From Lingula anatina (taxonomy: Eukaryota; Animalia; Brachiopoda), in NCBI GenBank assembly GCA_051362555.1, contig CM120649.1:9424001-9488000 (forward strand): DNA of 64,000 nt. The letters are read 5' to 3'. A model generated the notes under the pieces. It did no database searches and had not been told where the DNA came from. It saw only the letters and a program-made list of their open reading frames with translations. Position 1 is the stretch's first letter, and every line of letters starts with the position of its first letter. Position numbers and translations under genes: made by a program. Shown here one piece after another: positions 12,801 to 26,059 of this stretch.

Positions 12801-14549
12801 CATTGCAGTTTGTCAGATTTAATCATTCACTATGTTCAGCATCTGCAAATGGAGCAAATTGGACATTGAAAATTGTTCTATTGATATTTTTCTTATGTCA
12901 ACAATTTTCCTAGTTGAACATTTAAAAATGACAGTTTATTGATTATTTTGTTTTAAAAAAGGTGTTGAAAATGGAAAGAAAATCATTTCAGTACAGTTAT
13001 CTCTTGTTTACATTTTGGCATTTTGAAAGTGTGACTCTGAACTTCCGTGGCCTTGAAGACCTTCCCAAATCACATTTTCTGAATATTCATGATACTTTTA
13101 TTTTTTTATAAAAAAATTGATGGTCAATATGCTGTTAAGTATTATGTTTTATTGCATGAAAGTTGAAGAAAACCCTATTTTGGACACTGCTGCCAGGATA
13201 GCGATTAAGGGAAAACCATGTTACTTATGATAATCAACCTTACTGAGAAGACTGAAGTGCAGCTTGTGTTGGAAAACCATTGTAATTGTTTTCTGTTTTG
13301 AAAGCAATGCAGTAGAGTGCTATTTGGTGCAATAAATGTATATGGATAGTAGGCAATTATTTCAGGGTTATAAAGTAATTTGCTTAATTAATTTTCAAGT
13401 TATTTCAGGGTTGTAAAATAATTTGCTTAATTAATTTTCAAGTGGCCATTAAATGAGATTACATAAACACACATTGAGATTTCATTGTAAAGTCCCATAG
13501 GTTTATCTCTCTTAACTGTGTCACATAATTAGGAATCGATGATTATTATGCAGGTAAATGTTATTTAATATTGAAAATAAGTTTACAAAAAAAATTTTGT
13601 GTAACGCTTACATTAATGCTAAAGATGAATAACAGTGCCTTATTATTCTCAAACTCAATAGGGTTATTCATATCATGTTAGTAATTGTACAGCTAGATTA
13701 AAAGTTTGAATAGCAGCTTTATTGGTATTTTTTGTTATGTTTTATTTTACATTTTCTTTTAATTTTTTTTTTTTCAAACACTAGCATCTTCAAGATGACA
13801 CTTTCAACTGTCATCCACCAGAAGCGCTGTGTATTTTGTTTTTCCACATTAGCAGTTGTGCTGGTTTTTATGTCTTTAAACATTGTGTAATATTATTTTA
13901 TGCACTGTCATCATTTTTCACATATAGGGATTTTCATTATGTGAATTTGAACTCTCACATATGGTCCTGAAACTGTAATCTTATTGACCATGTTATTCTG
14001 TTGTATATATTTTTGAAATTTTTATCTTTTACCTACTGGCATTTTCAGTGTGGGACTTATAACTCCAAAGGGTATGTAACAGTTCACTTTTATTGATACT
14101 ACCTGTTGTGCAATATTTGCAACTTGACTTTACAGTTAAAGGGATAATAACTGTTCTTTTTTGGCAAATAATTTTTTTTCTAAAAAGTTTTTTTTGTTAA
14201 AATCTCTTAAGAAATTATTACAAAGTATAGCCACCTATGGAGGTCACATGGTCTGATGACAAGTTCAGATATCAGAATAATAGCTATGACTGCCCTTTTT
14301 GTGGTAAAACAAAATATATTATATTTCTGTGACTTGTTTACACTGTTTAAACTGAAGTTGGATGATTCATATCATGGTTATGCAGCTAGACTGAATGGCA
14401 GCTTTAGTGGAATATTTTTTGTAATTTTTTCTTTAATTTTAAATTTTTCAAACTGGCATTTTCAAGATGTGACTTATCACTCCCATCCACCAGGAGCCCT
14501 GTACTGTAACTTTGTAACACTTTCTGTATTTTTTTAACTTACAAGTATG

Positions 14550-14550
<1 letters not shown>

Positions 14551-14626
<76 letters not shown>
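14551..14626. repeat. (TA)n microsatellite followed by poly-T
   Basis: Direct reading. Confidence 0.95.
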
Positions 14627-14643
<17 letters not shown>

Positions 14644-14734
14644 TTTTAATTGAGTTTAAGCAATGAGTTTAAGAAATTTTCACTTTATCCCATTCTGGCA
14701 TTTCCAAAGTTTAACTCTTATCAGCCTCAAGCCT

Positions 14735-14957
14735 TAGGGACTATTTCCAGACCCTATCACGCTAACTGTGGATCGATGTATCTCCAAGGGAATTCTCGCT
14801 AAATTGCAATCAATGTAAGTGGCTTAGCTGTCTGTCACGCCTACTGAAACTGGCATGCCAGAATCCTAAGCCGCTTAAACTGAAAGCAATTTAGTGAGAA
14901 ACCCCTTGGAGTTGGATTGATCCTGTTAGATTGATCTAGGTATGGGAACTCAGTCTA
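14735..14957. mobile_element. Foldback MITE-like insertion with TAG...CTA ends
   Basis: Imperfect inverted repeat over its full length (ctccaaggg/cccttggag, ctcgctaaattgc/gcaatttagtgag, aagtggcttag/ctaagccgctt). Absent from the homologous HINE site at ~7975 (aagccttatgcttg). Confidence 0.7.
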
Positions 14958-16040
14958 ATGCTTGTTACACATTTTACTTTCATCCTAATTCAATGTTATG
15001 CACAATTAGAATTTGATGTTGGCTATGCAGTTACAGTAAGCATAATACATTAATGCATCAAAATTGACAGTATCCTATTTCCTGCGCTTTTTTTTCTGTT
15101 TTTTGTCTGTACATTTGACAGCTTTGCTGCCTTGTTGATAATTTATTTTCTATGAAAAATGTTGGTGGCAATCGTTAAAAAAAAAAACAGGCCTAAGCTT
15201 TCATATTATGGTGTGGAGTTACACTTGGAACGTCCTTTGATTTCCATGAGTTTGGTGTCAGTGGGTGCATTTTCATGGAAGACTCAGCAATTAGATGCCA
15301 AAACTGAAAACTCTCTGACTAATGGAACTGAATACTCGAGACCTCTCTCTCTCTCTCTCTCTCTTTAAGAGCTTGTCAAGTGCAGCACCGGAACCTTTCC
15401 CTTTCTTTGAAATAAGTTTGGTCTTGTTTTATTAGTGTATTACAAAAGAAAGGTGACATACAGAACTATATTTTATAGATGTAAGACATGTTTTCATTTG
15501 GAAAACCTTTTATTTTCTAGGCCACAAATATATAATCTTAAAGTGATTAATGAATTATATGCAAACAGGTATAATACACAACAATCACAATCCCAAAGAC
15601 CCATTATATTCAAACATACCCTTTCACCTCTTTCACATTCATTATACCCCCTTCTGATGACTGCAATCATAAACCAACTACCAGCAATTAAAACAAACAG
15701 GAAATTGATGCCTTTGAATTAAATGACACCACGAATCAAATCACTCAACGAATTGAATCTGTTTGCAACACTTGTGCTTTTTTTCATTTCATAACTCTAA
15801 GAAGCTGGGGTCCATGATCTGACTGTTTTTGTTTTACAGTAACTCTAAATTTACTAGCTGGCTTTGTGTAAAATGCTTGTTCCTTTGGAGAATCAACCTG
15901 ATTGTATTGTTTTTGTGATACTAAACCAAATGAATTTTTCGTTTTATAACAATATAGCAATATATAGTATTATGTATTAGTGCCAAACCTAATTTTTGCT
16001 TTGATTTAAACTCATCTAGACAGACCATACCTTTTACTAA

Positions 16041-16728
16041 GGCCACACTTTTTAATTTTTATGGATGACATCCTGCGCGCGCACCGATTTTCGTCCATTC
16101 TCCAAAAAAAAAAAAAACATTATCGCCCGGAACATTTCAGTGACATTCTGTCCAAAGCAGCACACATACCAGTGTTTTTGTAGCGAAAAAAAGGTCCACA
16201 ACGCAGGCAAGGTATTTGGTGGGCTGAAGGTTGGACAGGCCACCCGACAGTTTGGCTGCTTCGTGTGAGTTGAAGTAGACAAAATGGCATCGACCGAAAT
16301 GACCTTAATAGATTTGTCAGTATTAGGCATATCTTTGCATCATTATTTTTAACATTTCTGTGAAGTGTTCATTATGCTTTAATATTCTGAGAATACAAAT
16401 AAAGACGCACTGTTTGTTTGATATTTGTTTTATTGATTGCTATACCAACAAAATGCATGAAATAATCTTAAATAGATTTGGTAATATGCAGCATATCTAT
16501 TCATGACTTTTTGCCTTTTACAAAGTATTCACAATGCTTTAATATTTTGAGAGCATGCATGGATAAAGACATATTGTTAGTTTGATACGTGTTTCTGTGG
16601 TGAATTTGTGTTTCCAGCTGTGTTCTGACAGCATTCCTTTACTTAAGCAGAATATTTTTTTTTCACCCTCTCGCACCGATTTCGGGGTCCCCAGAGGATG
16701 TCATCCATAAAAATAAAAAAGTGTGGCC
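16041..16728. mobile_element. PIF/Harbinger-type (Tourist-like) MITE
   Basis: 34-bp TIR GGCCACACTTTTT(A/T)ATTTTTATGGATGACATCCT with one mismatch, flanked by TAA at 16038-16040 and 16729-16731. Confidence 0.88.
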
Positions 16729-16969
16729 TAAGGTAAAAAAAATTATGAATTTAAAAAATCATACTTTAAACTATTTCAGAATATATCTGGCCAAGATTCA
16801 TTGTATCTGTTTCTGTGATTTTATATGTTTATGTCAGTATTGTGCAGTCTTAATTGCCTGGTTTATATGTGAGGTTTACTTTAAACAAGGTGTAATGATG
16901 ATTGGATATGTCTTGGTGTGTTTTGAAAATGGAAATATGAAGGATATTGTTTAATGTTTTTTGTACTAG

Positions 16970-17153
16970 TGTGAGACCTCCCAAGAAGTCATGGAAGAAC
17001 ATCTCCAACCTGTCTGGTGGTGAGAAGACCCTGAGCTCATTGGCATTGGTATTTGCCCTGCACCACTACAGGCCCACACCTCTGTATGTCATGGATGAAA
17101 TAGATGCAGCTTTGGACTTCAAGAATGTTTCCATTGTTGCTAATTATATCAAG
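16970..17153 (+). CDS. SMC4: SMC4 exon with ABC signature and Walker B
   Basis: tactAG acceptor completes the split Ser codon. [67 protein letters not shown] donor. Confidence 0.98.
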
Positions 17154-17198
17154 GTAAAAGTTAGAATGACAGAGTTGTAATGTATATCTTTAATTTTT

Positions 17199-18330
17199 AT
17201 AATAATAATAATAATAATTTATTGAGCACATGAAATGAGTGTACATTTATAGGCTCTCTACACTACTAATTATAATATACTCAAGTTTAAATACATGTAC
17301 ATAGTAATAATAAAGTTAAAGTATAATACCAGGTGTTATCTCAATTTGGATAGCTTCCGTTTTCTCATAGCACTGTTTATAAACTTTACAATTGCGGACA
17401 CACCTCTCTTATTTGACACATTTCATAGGGCGGATAGTGTGTCGTCTGCTAGACCCTGCACATTTACCTCTGGTAAGGCAGCAAATAATGTTTCTCTGTC
17501 CAGTTTATAAGTAGTACACTCAAGAAAAAAGTGAACTTCATCTTCCACTGCATTACAGTGAGGACACTTTCTGTCCTCAATTTTTGTTTTGGGGTGGGTA
17601 AATCTGCCTCTTTCAATTTCTAACTCGTGGTCACTGACCCTCATTTTGGCTAGAATTTTTTTATATGTAAAAGGGACTTTTAATTCCAAATATGGCTCAG
17701 CTTCATAGGATTTCTTAATTTTGCTGTAGGTGCGGAGTTTGTTGTTGGTATTTCTATGGATTTCTTCGTTAGTTATTTCTATTTCAAGATCTGGTTAGTT
17801 GTGGATTTCGCAATTATGTCTGTTTGTATTAAGTTCCCAACATATTTTAATATTTGACATTGTCTGATACCAGTTACTTCTGTTTCCTATTTTTTCCTTG
17901 TTATATGCTTGTTTAACAATTCTGTTATCTGGGAGTTCTTGGAGTCTAGCACTGTATTTTGAGACTAATTTTACTTTGTCCAAATATATTGGGAAGCGAC
18001 CCATTTCTGCTCGGCAGGCATTATTGCTGGCAGATTTCCTTACACCTAATGACCACTAACAAAATTTCAAGTGTACTTGCTCGAAAGGCATTTTATTTAG
18101 TTTTTCCAAAGTCATCTTTTTTTGTGATAATATTTCTTGTCCCCAGACTTCACACCAATAAAGTAATATGGGCTTTATCATTTTGTCAAAGAGTGACATT
18201 GTAAGGAGTGGAGAGGAGATTTCATTTGATGCTAGTGCTCCTTTTAAGGCAAAGATTGCTTTGAGGGCTTTTTGTTTTAGATCATGCAAGTTTTTAAACT
18301 TTTGACCTCTGCACCAATCCAGCAAATGTT
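17199..18330 (-). mobile_element. 5'-truncated decayed RTEX-like LINE in the last SMC4 intron
   Basis: LFDKMIKPILLYWCEVWG; KMRVSDHELEIERGR...RKCPHCNAVEDEVHFFLEC (C-terminal zinc knuckle); AATAAA plus (TTA)n tail on the - strand. Confidence 0.88.
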
Positions 18331-19223
18331 CTCTGGTTGTATCTCTTGTGTGCTTAGAACTGAAAATTCATCTTAAGGTCTTTATCAGTGACACTTCTGT
18401 AAAACAATTGACGGACTTCAGAATTTGTGGAATAGATGAAATCATAACACAAGAGTTGAACCTGCCATCAAAAAAACTGCTGTGCAGAATTGTGTACAGT
18501 GGGACTTACTTGGCTCTTTTGATCCTAAAAGTTTGCTTCTGAGCAAGAAACTTCTTGTTTCATGTAAGGGCTTGCTAGTATTGCCAAATGTCACATATGC
18601 CGGTGAAAAAATTTTTTTAATATGGGTGTTGAACAAGATTTTGCCAAATTGGCAAAAGCATATTTGGCTGAGACAGGTAATCAGATGTGTTTCTACCAGT
18701 GAAATAGCACACAAACACATCCACCAGCATGTGTGTGTATTGTAATGCATGTCAAGCACAACACTTTTGGTGGTGTCTGTAATTTTGTTTTCTATATGGT
18801 TTACTGTTGAGTCAGTGTCTGGCTATCAATTGACAGTTATGTGCACCTTTACACACACATAGTAAATATCAGAATCCATTTTAAGGAGGGCCAATGCGAG
18901 AAACTTCTGCTTGCTCGATATCAATATGGTCTCTCTCCTTATTACAAATTCTGGAACAACCCCAAGGCTCATGATCACATTTTAGTTATGGAGCTATGAC
19001 TTCAAGCCCTATAGGGAGACCCTGACATGGGAAGCCTCGAATCTTCACCTTTCTGCTCAGTCCCAAAGGATACAGAGGAAACAACAAAACATGTAGTTGT
19101 GAAAAAGTCTTACTCTTATAAATTTTAAAAACCTTTTAAAGATGTTCAAGTCATAGATATATTGAGCAAAGTGATCACTTGATGCAGCCAGTCTTAACAT
19201 TGATTTCTCTTGTATCTTTTTAG

Positions 19224-19391
19224 GAACGTACCAAAAATGCACAATTTATCATCATCTCACTGCGTAACAACATGTTTGAACTGGCTGATCGTCTGGTGGG
19301 AATTTATAAGACCAACAATGCTACCAAGTCTGTGACAATCAATCCAAAGAAACTGTCTCTGCCTCTACAAGAAGTGCAGCAGGATGCTTAA
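19224..19391 (+). CDS. SMC4: SMC4 last coding exon
   Basis: ctttttAG acceptor. ERTKNAQFIIISLRNNMFELADRLVGIYKTNNATKSVTINPKKLSLPLQEVQQDA then TAA. Not listed in the ORF track; translated by hand. Confidence 0.96.
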   Translation, partial: ERTKNAQFIIISLRNNMFELADRLVGIYKTNNATKSVTINPKKLSLPLQEVQQDA

Positions 19392-20229
19392 GTAGGAAAA
19401 TGGACGTCAGTTGAATCAAAATTGATGCCAGTATCATAGCTGCCCCTCTGGTGTGACATTGATATTGCGTAGATCTCATTATCAACACTATCTCTCTGGT
19501 GTGACATTGTATTTGCTAAGAAGGAAGTTGATAATGCTTCGTAAATAGGTTTCTCACTTGTATTGAATGTAATGCAATGTTACTTATGCAGAGGAATTCA
19601 CACATTTGTAAAGAAGCATGGAAATACTGCAAATGACATGTTAATTTTTTACATATTGTCATTTTCAAGGTGTGACTGAACCTCCAACAATAACAGAGCT
19701 ATAAAATCACTTACCTTATTAATTAGCAAGTGATCGTTAAATGAGTACATAAAATGTGTTGGAAGAGACTGAAACCTGTGCCACATACAGTTTTTGAAAG
19801 TCTGCCTTGACAGTATTATATAATTGATAAGAATTGGTAATATTATGCACTTAAATGTTGCATTATATTGTGTATAAATTTACAAAAAAAATTGTATACT
19901 GTCAACATTTATGCTTAAGATAAAAAAAAAACTGCACTTTATTATCCTCAAACTTGGTGGGGTGATTCATTGTATGTTAATGCAGCTGAATTGAATTTTT
20001 AAGTTGCAGCTCTATTTGAGTATATCTTTTGTTATGCTTTCTTATTTTTTCAAACACTGGCGTTTTCAAAATGTGCCTCTTCACTCCCATCCACCTGAAG
20101 CCCTGGCTAGTAACATTATGTTGTGCACTGTCTTCATTATTTTTATATTGGGATTTTTTGCATATGAATTTGAACTCTTATGGGCCTAGCAAGATTAAAA
20201 GTTTGAATACGTAGCAGCTTTATTGAAAT

Positions 20230-21155
20230 ATTTTTTGTACAGATGTGTCTGTACATATAGCCGTCACCTGCGTCTGTTGTCCCCATCGTCGTCACCGTGC
20301 ACATTCACTGATAATGATAAGTGGTAAATGGTTTAACTTTTTGGCTTCAAACTTACAGAACATATGAATATTCATAAAACCAAGTTGAGTTGAAGAAAAA
20401 CCTATTTTGGGCATTGCCTCCATAGTGACCATTAAAGGGAAACCATGTCACTTACTCCTCTCACACTAACAGGAAAACACAGGACTGAAATAAGGCTTCA
20501 GTTGGAAAATCTCTCATTAGTAATTTTCTTGAAGTTTAATATACAGTTTTTTGTGAAAATTTAATTTTTCATATATTGGCACTTTCAAGGTGTGACTTTG
20601 AACTTCAGTTGGCTTGAATACCTTTGCAAGTCACATTTTCTGAATATTCATGATGATTTTATTATGTTATTAAAAATTGATGGTCATTATGCTGTTAAGC
20701 ATTATTCCCATATGGGGAATTTTCAATGTGGGACTTACAACTCGCAGGGGAGTGAAGTGAAGTTGCAATCAAATTTTTAAATGTCCATGCTATTAATAGG
20801 AGGTAATTGTTGGTAATTATACAGTTTATCATTATGTAATATTGCATCAAAATTGACAGCAACAAAAAAAAAAAACTACTTAGTGCACTGTCACCATAAA
20901 TGTTATGAAAAGAAAACTGTTACTTATCATTTTTCAAACTTACAAGAATGATTCCTAGGATTGAGTATCAGGACAATCCCCCCCTCCCCCCTCCTATTGG
21001 TATTACACTGTACCTTTTGTGCATAGTAACATTTTGATGTTGACTTTGCAGTTGAGCATAATGTATTATTGCATCAGAATTGACAAAGTGACCTATTTTG
21101 TGTATCTTTATTTATTTATTTATTTTTGTACATTTGACAGCTTTGCTGCCTTGTT
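20230..21155 (+). mobile_element. Degenerate HINE copy downstream of the SMC4 stop
   Basis: Partly deleted head (tgtacagatgtgtctgtacatatagcc) and tail gtacatttgacagctttgctgccttgtt. Confidence 0.7.
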
Positions 21156-22621
21156 CTGTACAATATTTTACAATATGTCACTTTGAGGCATAAAGTTTTG
21201 TGTAAAAGGTCTATCACATGTATGGAATTCTTTGATGTCTTCTGCTTTTTGAGCCTGTTTGTAATTTTTATTCTTTTCCAAATTTGCACTGTTCTGAAAA
21301 CTAGCTTTTGATACAGATGCTGGTACAGATTATCAGCCTAAGTTGGTATCAACATGAGCTTTCCTCAATGTTTTAATAGTAATTCATAGTGAATAGCATT
21401 ACACTAACAATCTCATGACAGTTTAAACACTAAACTGTTTAAAATAACTCGACAAAGTTTACCGTATTTCTTATAAATTTTTTCGTACATATTCTTCTGT
21501 CTGGAGAAAACATTTTTTTTAGTAGATTTTAGAAGGCCCTAGAAATGTTCATTCAATTTGAAGACAATTTGACATGCAGTTGGAAGTCGCTCCATTGGCA
21601 TAAAGGTCCCTGAAAGAGTATTTAATTCCTGCCCATTAAAAGCAGGATATCAGAAAACTTGTGATGATAGTAAAGTATTTGATTTACTCTTTGGGGAGTC
21701 ACCAGTATAGCAATTCTCACCTAATCAAGGAAAAAGTAAGGAAACAATTGCTTTTATAGTTGCTTGGAGTGAATAAGTAACCATTTTATATAAAACCTGG
21801 TGTTTTAAATGAGATATGTTTGCACGTGTACCCAGTTTACCCTGGCATGCGACTGGGGAAGACAGCAAAAATAGATGTGACCTATATCATTCTATTCTCA
21901 AAGTATTGTGAAACCAACATAGCATATGAGATACCTTATTTCTGCAACAGATCTGCAAATTTTTTTAGTAAAAGACACTATATGTTGAAATGCACTGATG
22001 AACTTAAAAAGTAAATTGTCAGGGACCACAATAAATGGGTATTATTATCCCAATTTAATTTTAAAATCTTGATATTATTAATTCAATCATTGGAATTTAA
22101 TATGTTATGGTATTTTTCTCAATGCATAAATGATCATATTCGCACATTGAAACTTGGCATATACAAGTAGATAATATTTCACACCTCTGAAGTTAAGATT
22201 TTATAGTTTTTGACTCGAGCCTGGTAATCTAGAAGTAGATTATGCATACCCTCTGATATCAAGGGCTTTTAAAATAGTATACAAAATTTAAGTATGAACT
22301 ACTCAGCATCTGACAAATACAAATAAAAGGGCATGTCTGGTGAGTTGATCAAGTGAAATAGCACAGGGTGCCATACAACAATATTATAACCGACTACTAG
22401 TGCACCCTGTAGCCAGTGAGTAGATTATATGATGCACTGTGTTAGTCCACCAGGCAGGGGCAAACTTGTGTTTAAAGTAATCATTAGGCTTATGGTTTAT
22501 CTGACTGACATTGTAATTTATAAAGTTGTACATAATCTCAAGGAATCCTGAAAAGGGAGAGAGGTCCTGATTAAAGCTTGGATTTGACAATGTTTGTACC
22601 ATGTATCTTTTAATTTAGTCA

Positions 22622-22627
22622 AATAAA
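22622..22627 (+). terminator. Candidate SMC4 polyadenylation signal
   Basis: AATAAA followed ~25 nt later by a GT/T-rich tract. Would imply a ~3.2 kb 3' UTR; other AATAAA sites exist. Confidence 0.25.
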
Positions 22628-23079
22628 TATTCTGTTAAAATTACAACATGAAGTTGTTTCATTCTTTTCCGTGATATAGGACAACCTGTTTGTGGCCCAT
22701 TATCCATTTTGCTTTAGGCTAAATTATCAATGATTTACTGACTTGTTCTTTCATTATCTTTCAGTAACTTGTTTAGGGCAATAAAACATAATCCCTGAAT
22801 TTTGGGAGAATGTTAGGTTTATGTTACCATAAAGTTTGGGAAACATTCTTCAGGAAAGTTTTCATAATGTTTTTGGAAGATTTTTGGGAAACATTACAAA
22901 AAAAAAAGTGGAGAACATTTTAAAATATGTAAGAAATAAGGCCATGTGGCCCTGTACATCACTATTGTATTTGGTAACATTTATTTGATTTCATCTATCC
23001 TATATTATTAATTTATCCAAGTTTAGACTACTGATCATGTTAAAATGACTTAAGACTATAAATAAATACATTATAAATA

Positions 23080-24246
23080 TATACTGGCCAAAAAATAAAT
23101 GCATTTTTTTTTTTTGTTTTTTTTTTTTGTTATTTTTTCATACATTAGTGTTGCATAAATGGTAGTATATACATGTAGTACAGTAACATGTGTGCCCTCC
23201 CCTAGCTGCAATGCAGGCAAGTACCCTTCTCCTCATGAACCCTACAAGACCTCTACCAGTGCTATGGCAATCATAAAAAGTTCATCTCTGAAGGAATAAA
23301 GAAAGTGGATGCTATATTTTTTAAAAGCTATTTTGGTCCTTTTTCGAGATTGAGCTTTATATTTAGGCATGATTTTGACCTCTGGTGACTTCCAAATTTT
23401 TTTTCAAATGAATGGCCATGCCTTTTAACATTAGAAATGATACCTATTACAAATTTTTAAGTTACCCAGTTTCCAAGATATGCCTACTAAAACACCCTCC
23501 CCTATGCATTGGTAACCATTTTGGATTTTTGGCACTTATCCATGGGGGATTCAGGTGGGAAATTATCTGGGTTTTATTGGCCAAAAAATGGATGGAATTC
23601 AGTTGAGAAATCTTTGTTAAGGTTTTTTCCCAACTTATTTGTTCATTTACTGGACAATGTCTAATTAATAACTCTAGAACATGGATGTGTATTCAGTATG
23701 TTAGTTTTAAGCTTGTCAGCACACATTTGTGCTGCAAATGAAACATATTCGGCATTTGTAAGTGTAGCACCTTTCAAGATAAGTCCTTGAAAATTTTCCA
23801 AGTCAGTACAGTCCATCAGCATGTGAGACATATACTACAACTTGGACATAATAACTTTATTATGTCCAAGACTACAAGAAGCATCCACTTGTGGCAATTG
23901 ATCAGTGTAAATTACGAAAGTGTCTTATCCATTGCAATTGATCCATGTAACTTATGCAAGATGGTCCAGCCCAACATGTAAATTACAATAGTTCCTCCAG
24001 CCTGACTACCCCAATTGACACTTTGTACTCCTGGAAGTGTGTCACCTGTTGTGAATGGTCTCAGTAAGTTGCAAGTCATTCCCGACAATTTGCAGCAATT
24101 TACTTTTTGAACTATGGGAAGCTTCACCCCTATTACATTTGGTCCATGTAAATGATATGTTGGTCCAGGCCAACTACTGGAACAGGTGGTTGTAACACAA
24201 AGCAATCCAGTACAACCACCGCAATTGACTTTTTTGATCTATTATA
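23080..24246 (-). mobile_element. Decayed Tc1-like DNA transposon relic
   Basis: The - strand at ~23185-23245 reads LVGFMRRRVLACIAARGGHTCY, resembling the Tc1 transposase C-terminus. Degenerate TIR-like ends tatactggccaaaaaataaatgc / gcaattgacttttttgatctattata. Confidence 0.5.
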
Positions 24247-24269
24247 TGACCCTTACGAAAATTGTCCTA

Positions 24270-24367
24270 TAGGATCCTATAAGATCCTGTAGGATTCTAT
24301 AGGAAATTGGCCCAATTTCCTAGAAGATTCTATAGGAAAAAGTCCTACAGGATCTTATAGGATCCTA
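24270..24367. repeat. Inverted repeat (perfect 25-bp arms) with an inner 11-bp hairpin
   Basis: TAGGATCCTATAAGATCCTGTAGGA (24270-24294) is the exact reverse complement of 24343-24367; TAGGAAATTGG-C-CCAATTTCCTA lies inside. Confidence 0.9.
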
Positions 24368-25448
24368 GGCTGGTGCGTGTTAGACGGGATTTTTTCTTCC
24401 AAATTTCTTCCAAGATTTTGCTCTAGTAGAGCTATATTGTAAGCCAAATTGTAAAATAGTTTTTATTTTCCAAAAATGACCAAAATAAGGGCTCCCATAA
24501 AGTATCATCAAATGCTTTTTAGGCTCTGGCAATGAATTGTGAATTTAATTAATTACAGTTTATGATTCAGAATCCATTCAATCTATTTACTAAACATAAA
24601 TGACAGATAGAACCAAAAACCTAACTCCCTCTTTCTGAGGAAGGGGAAGGCACCTGAACATTCTTAATTGGAGAAATTTGAGAAAAGCAAAAGAAAAGAG
24701 CCCTACATGCAGTTTTTCACAGCCCAGGGTTTTTGGTGGTCAGCCCTTGGAATTAAGCAGCTGAAAGTAAAAAATGCTGATATATTCTAAGACTTAGCTA
24801 AGCAATAAATATTGACAGCTATAATCTATACAATGCAAAGAGATTATTTTCACCAGGGTCCAATATGGACATGAAAAATATGTGAGTGATAAAAAACTGT
24901 TATAAAAGATTTCAAAATAAACAATACAAAAAAGGTAAATCTAAGCTAAATACAGTTTTTTACATACAAAATAAACATGTGCCTCATTAGAAGAAAGAAA
25001 ACCATGGCTTTATGATTTTTTCCCTTACTTTTCAAAACTAGATGAACTTCTCTGCAGCAGGCTCTTGTAGAAAATAGAAAGTTTCTTACATCTTATATAC
25101 CAAGTCCAATCTGGACACAAAATATGAGTCATATGAGAAAAATAAAACCATGGAGTTATGACTTCTTTCATATCAAAAATACAATTAAAAAAAAAAGATT
25201 TTAAAATATATGACACTAAAAATAAAATATCAAACAAAACTCAAGTTTAATAATATGTGGACAATTTTTAAATACATTAAAATGGCAAATTGATAAAATT
25301 GCAAAGAACAAAGCACAATATCCAGCATCTTGCATTGTTTCTGATGATGCACAACAAACAAAACATTAACTTTATACTTAAAAAGTTACCCTTGCAACTT
25401 GTATAGGCTATACCAGTAATTTCCTCATAACAAATATGAGAAAGAGTT

Positions 25449-25451
<3 letters not shown>

Positions 25452-25491
<40 letters not shown>

Positions 25492-25530
25492 ATAAGAGAG
25501 AGAGCGAGAAAGAGAAAGAAAGAGAGAGAG
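25452..25530. repeat. (GA)n microsatellite
   Basis: Direct reading. Confidence 0.9.
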
Positions 25531-25691
25531 GAGTTCATTCTGATATGTCTGATCAAAAATCATATCAAAAATATTTAAACATTCTGTAATACAATAATAC
25601 AATACAAAAATAAAGTTTAAACTATACTTAACTAACCCACCTTTGTAGAAAGTTATTGAAAAACTATTTACATATTGACAAATGCCCCTTA

Positions 25692-25858
25692 CAGGGGCGG
25701 ATTCAGAGATATTTTCTGACAGTCTTCCAAATTATCTTTGTTGATTCATTCTTCATTTTTGACCGTCTTCCGACGGAAAAATTAGACACCTTTCAATGTA
25801 AACTTGAAAATCTGACCATCTTCCGGAAGACCCAGAAGACGGCCTAAATCCGCTCCTG
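25692..25858. mobile_element. 167-bp MITE with a 5-bp TSD (possibly hAT5-like)
   Basis: TIR CAGGGGCGGATTCAG / CTAAATCCGCTCCTG; CCTTA duplicated at 25687-25691 and 25859-25863. Confidence 0.8.
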
Positions 25859-26059
25859 CCTTAGAAAAGATAAAACCGATTTCCCTATATTCTTCTTCTG
25901 TTGGGATGTGTAGTATTGTGTGTCTAGGGGAGACATCAGAAAACAGTATGGCAGATGGTACTCCAGAGGATGGACTTGGTGTGACATCAACTCTGGTCAG
26001 ATTCAGGATGTCAGGATCCAAGAGAGGCACAGTGAAATCTTACATTTCCACTTGATTTC

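Larger units (their letters stand above)
10508..15136 (+). mobile_element. Long (4.6 kb) composite HINE copy with two monomer blocks and extra internal sequence
   Basis: Canonical head at 10508 and tail at ~15105-15136. 161-bp monomer blocks at ~10590-10930 and ~11460-12120. 12600-13520 is similar to 45030-45865. Confidence 0.75.
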
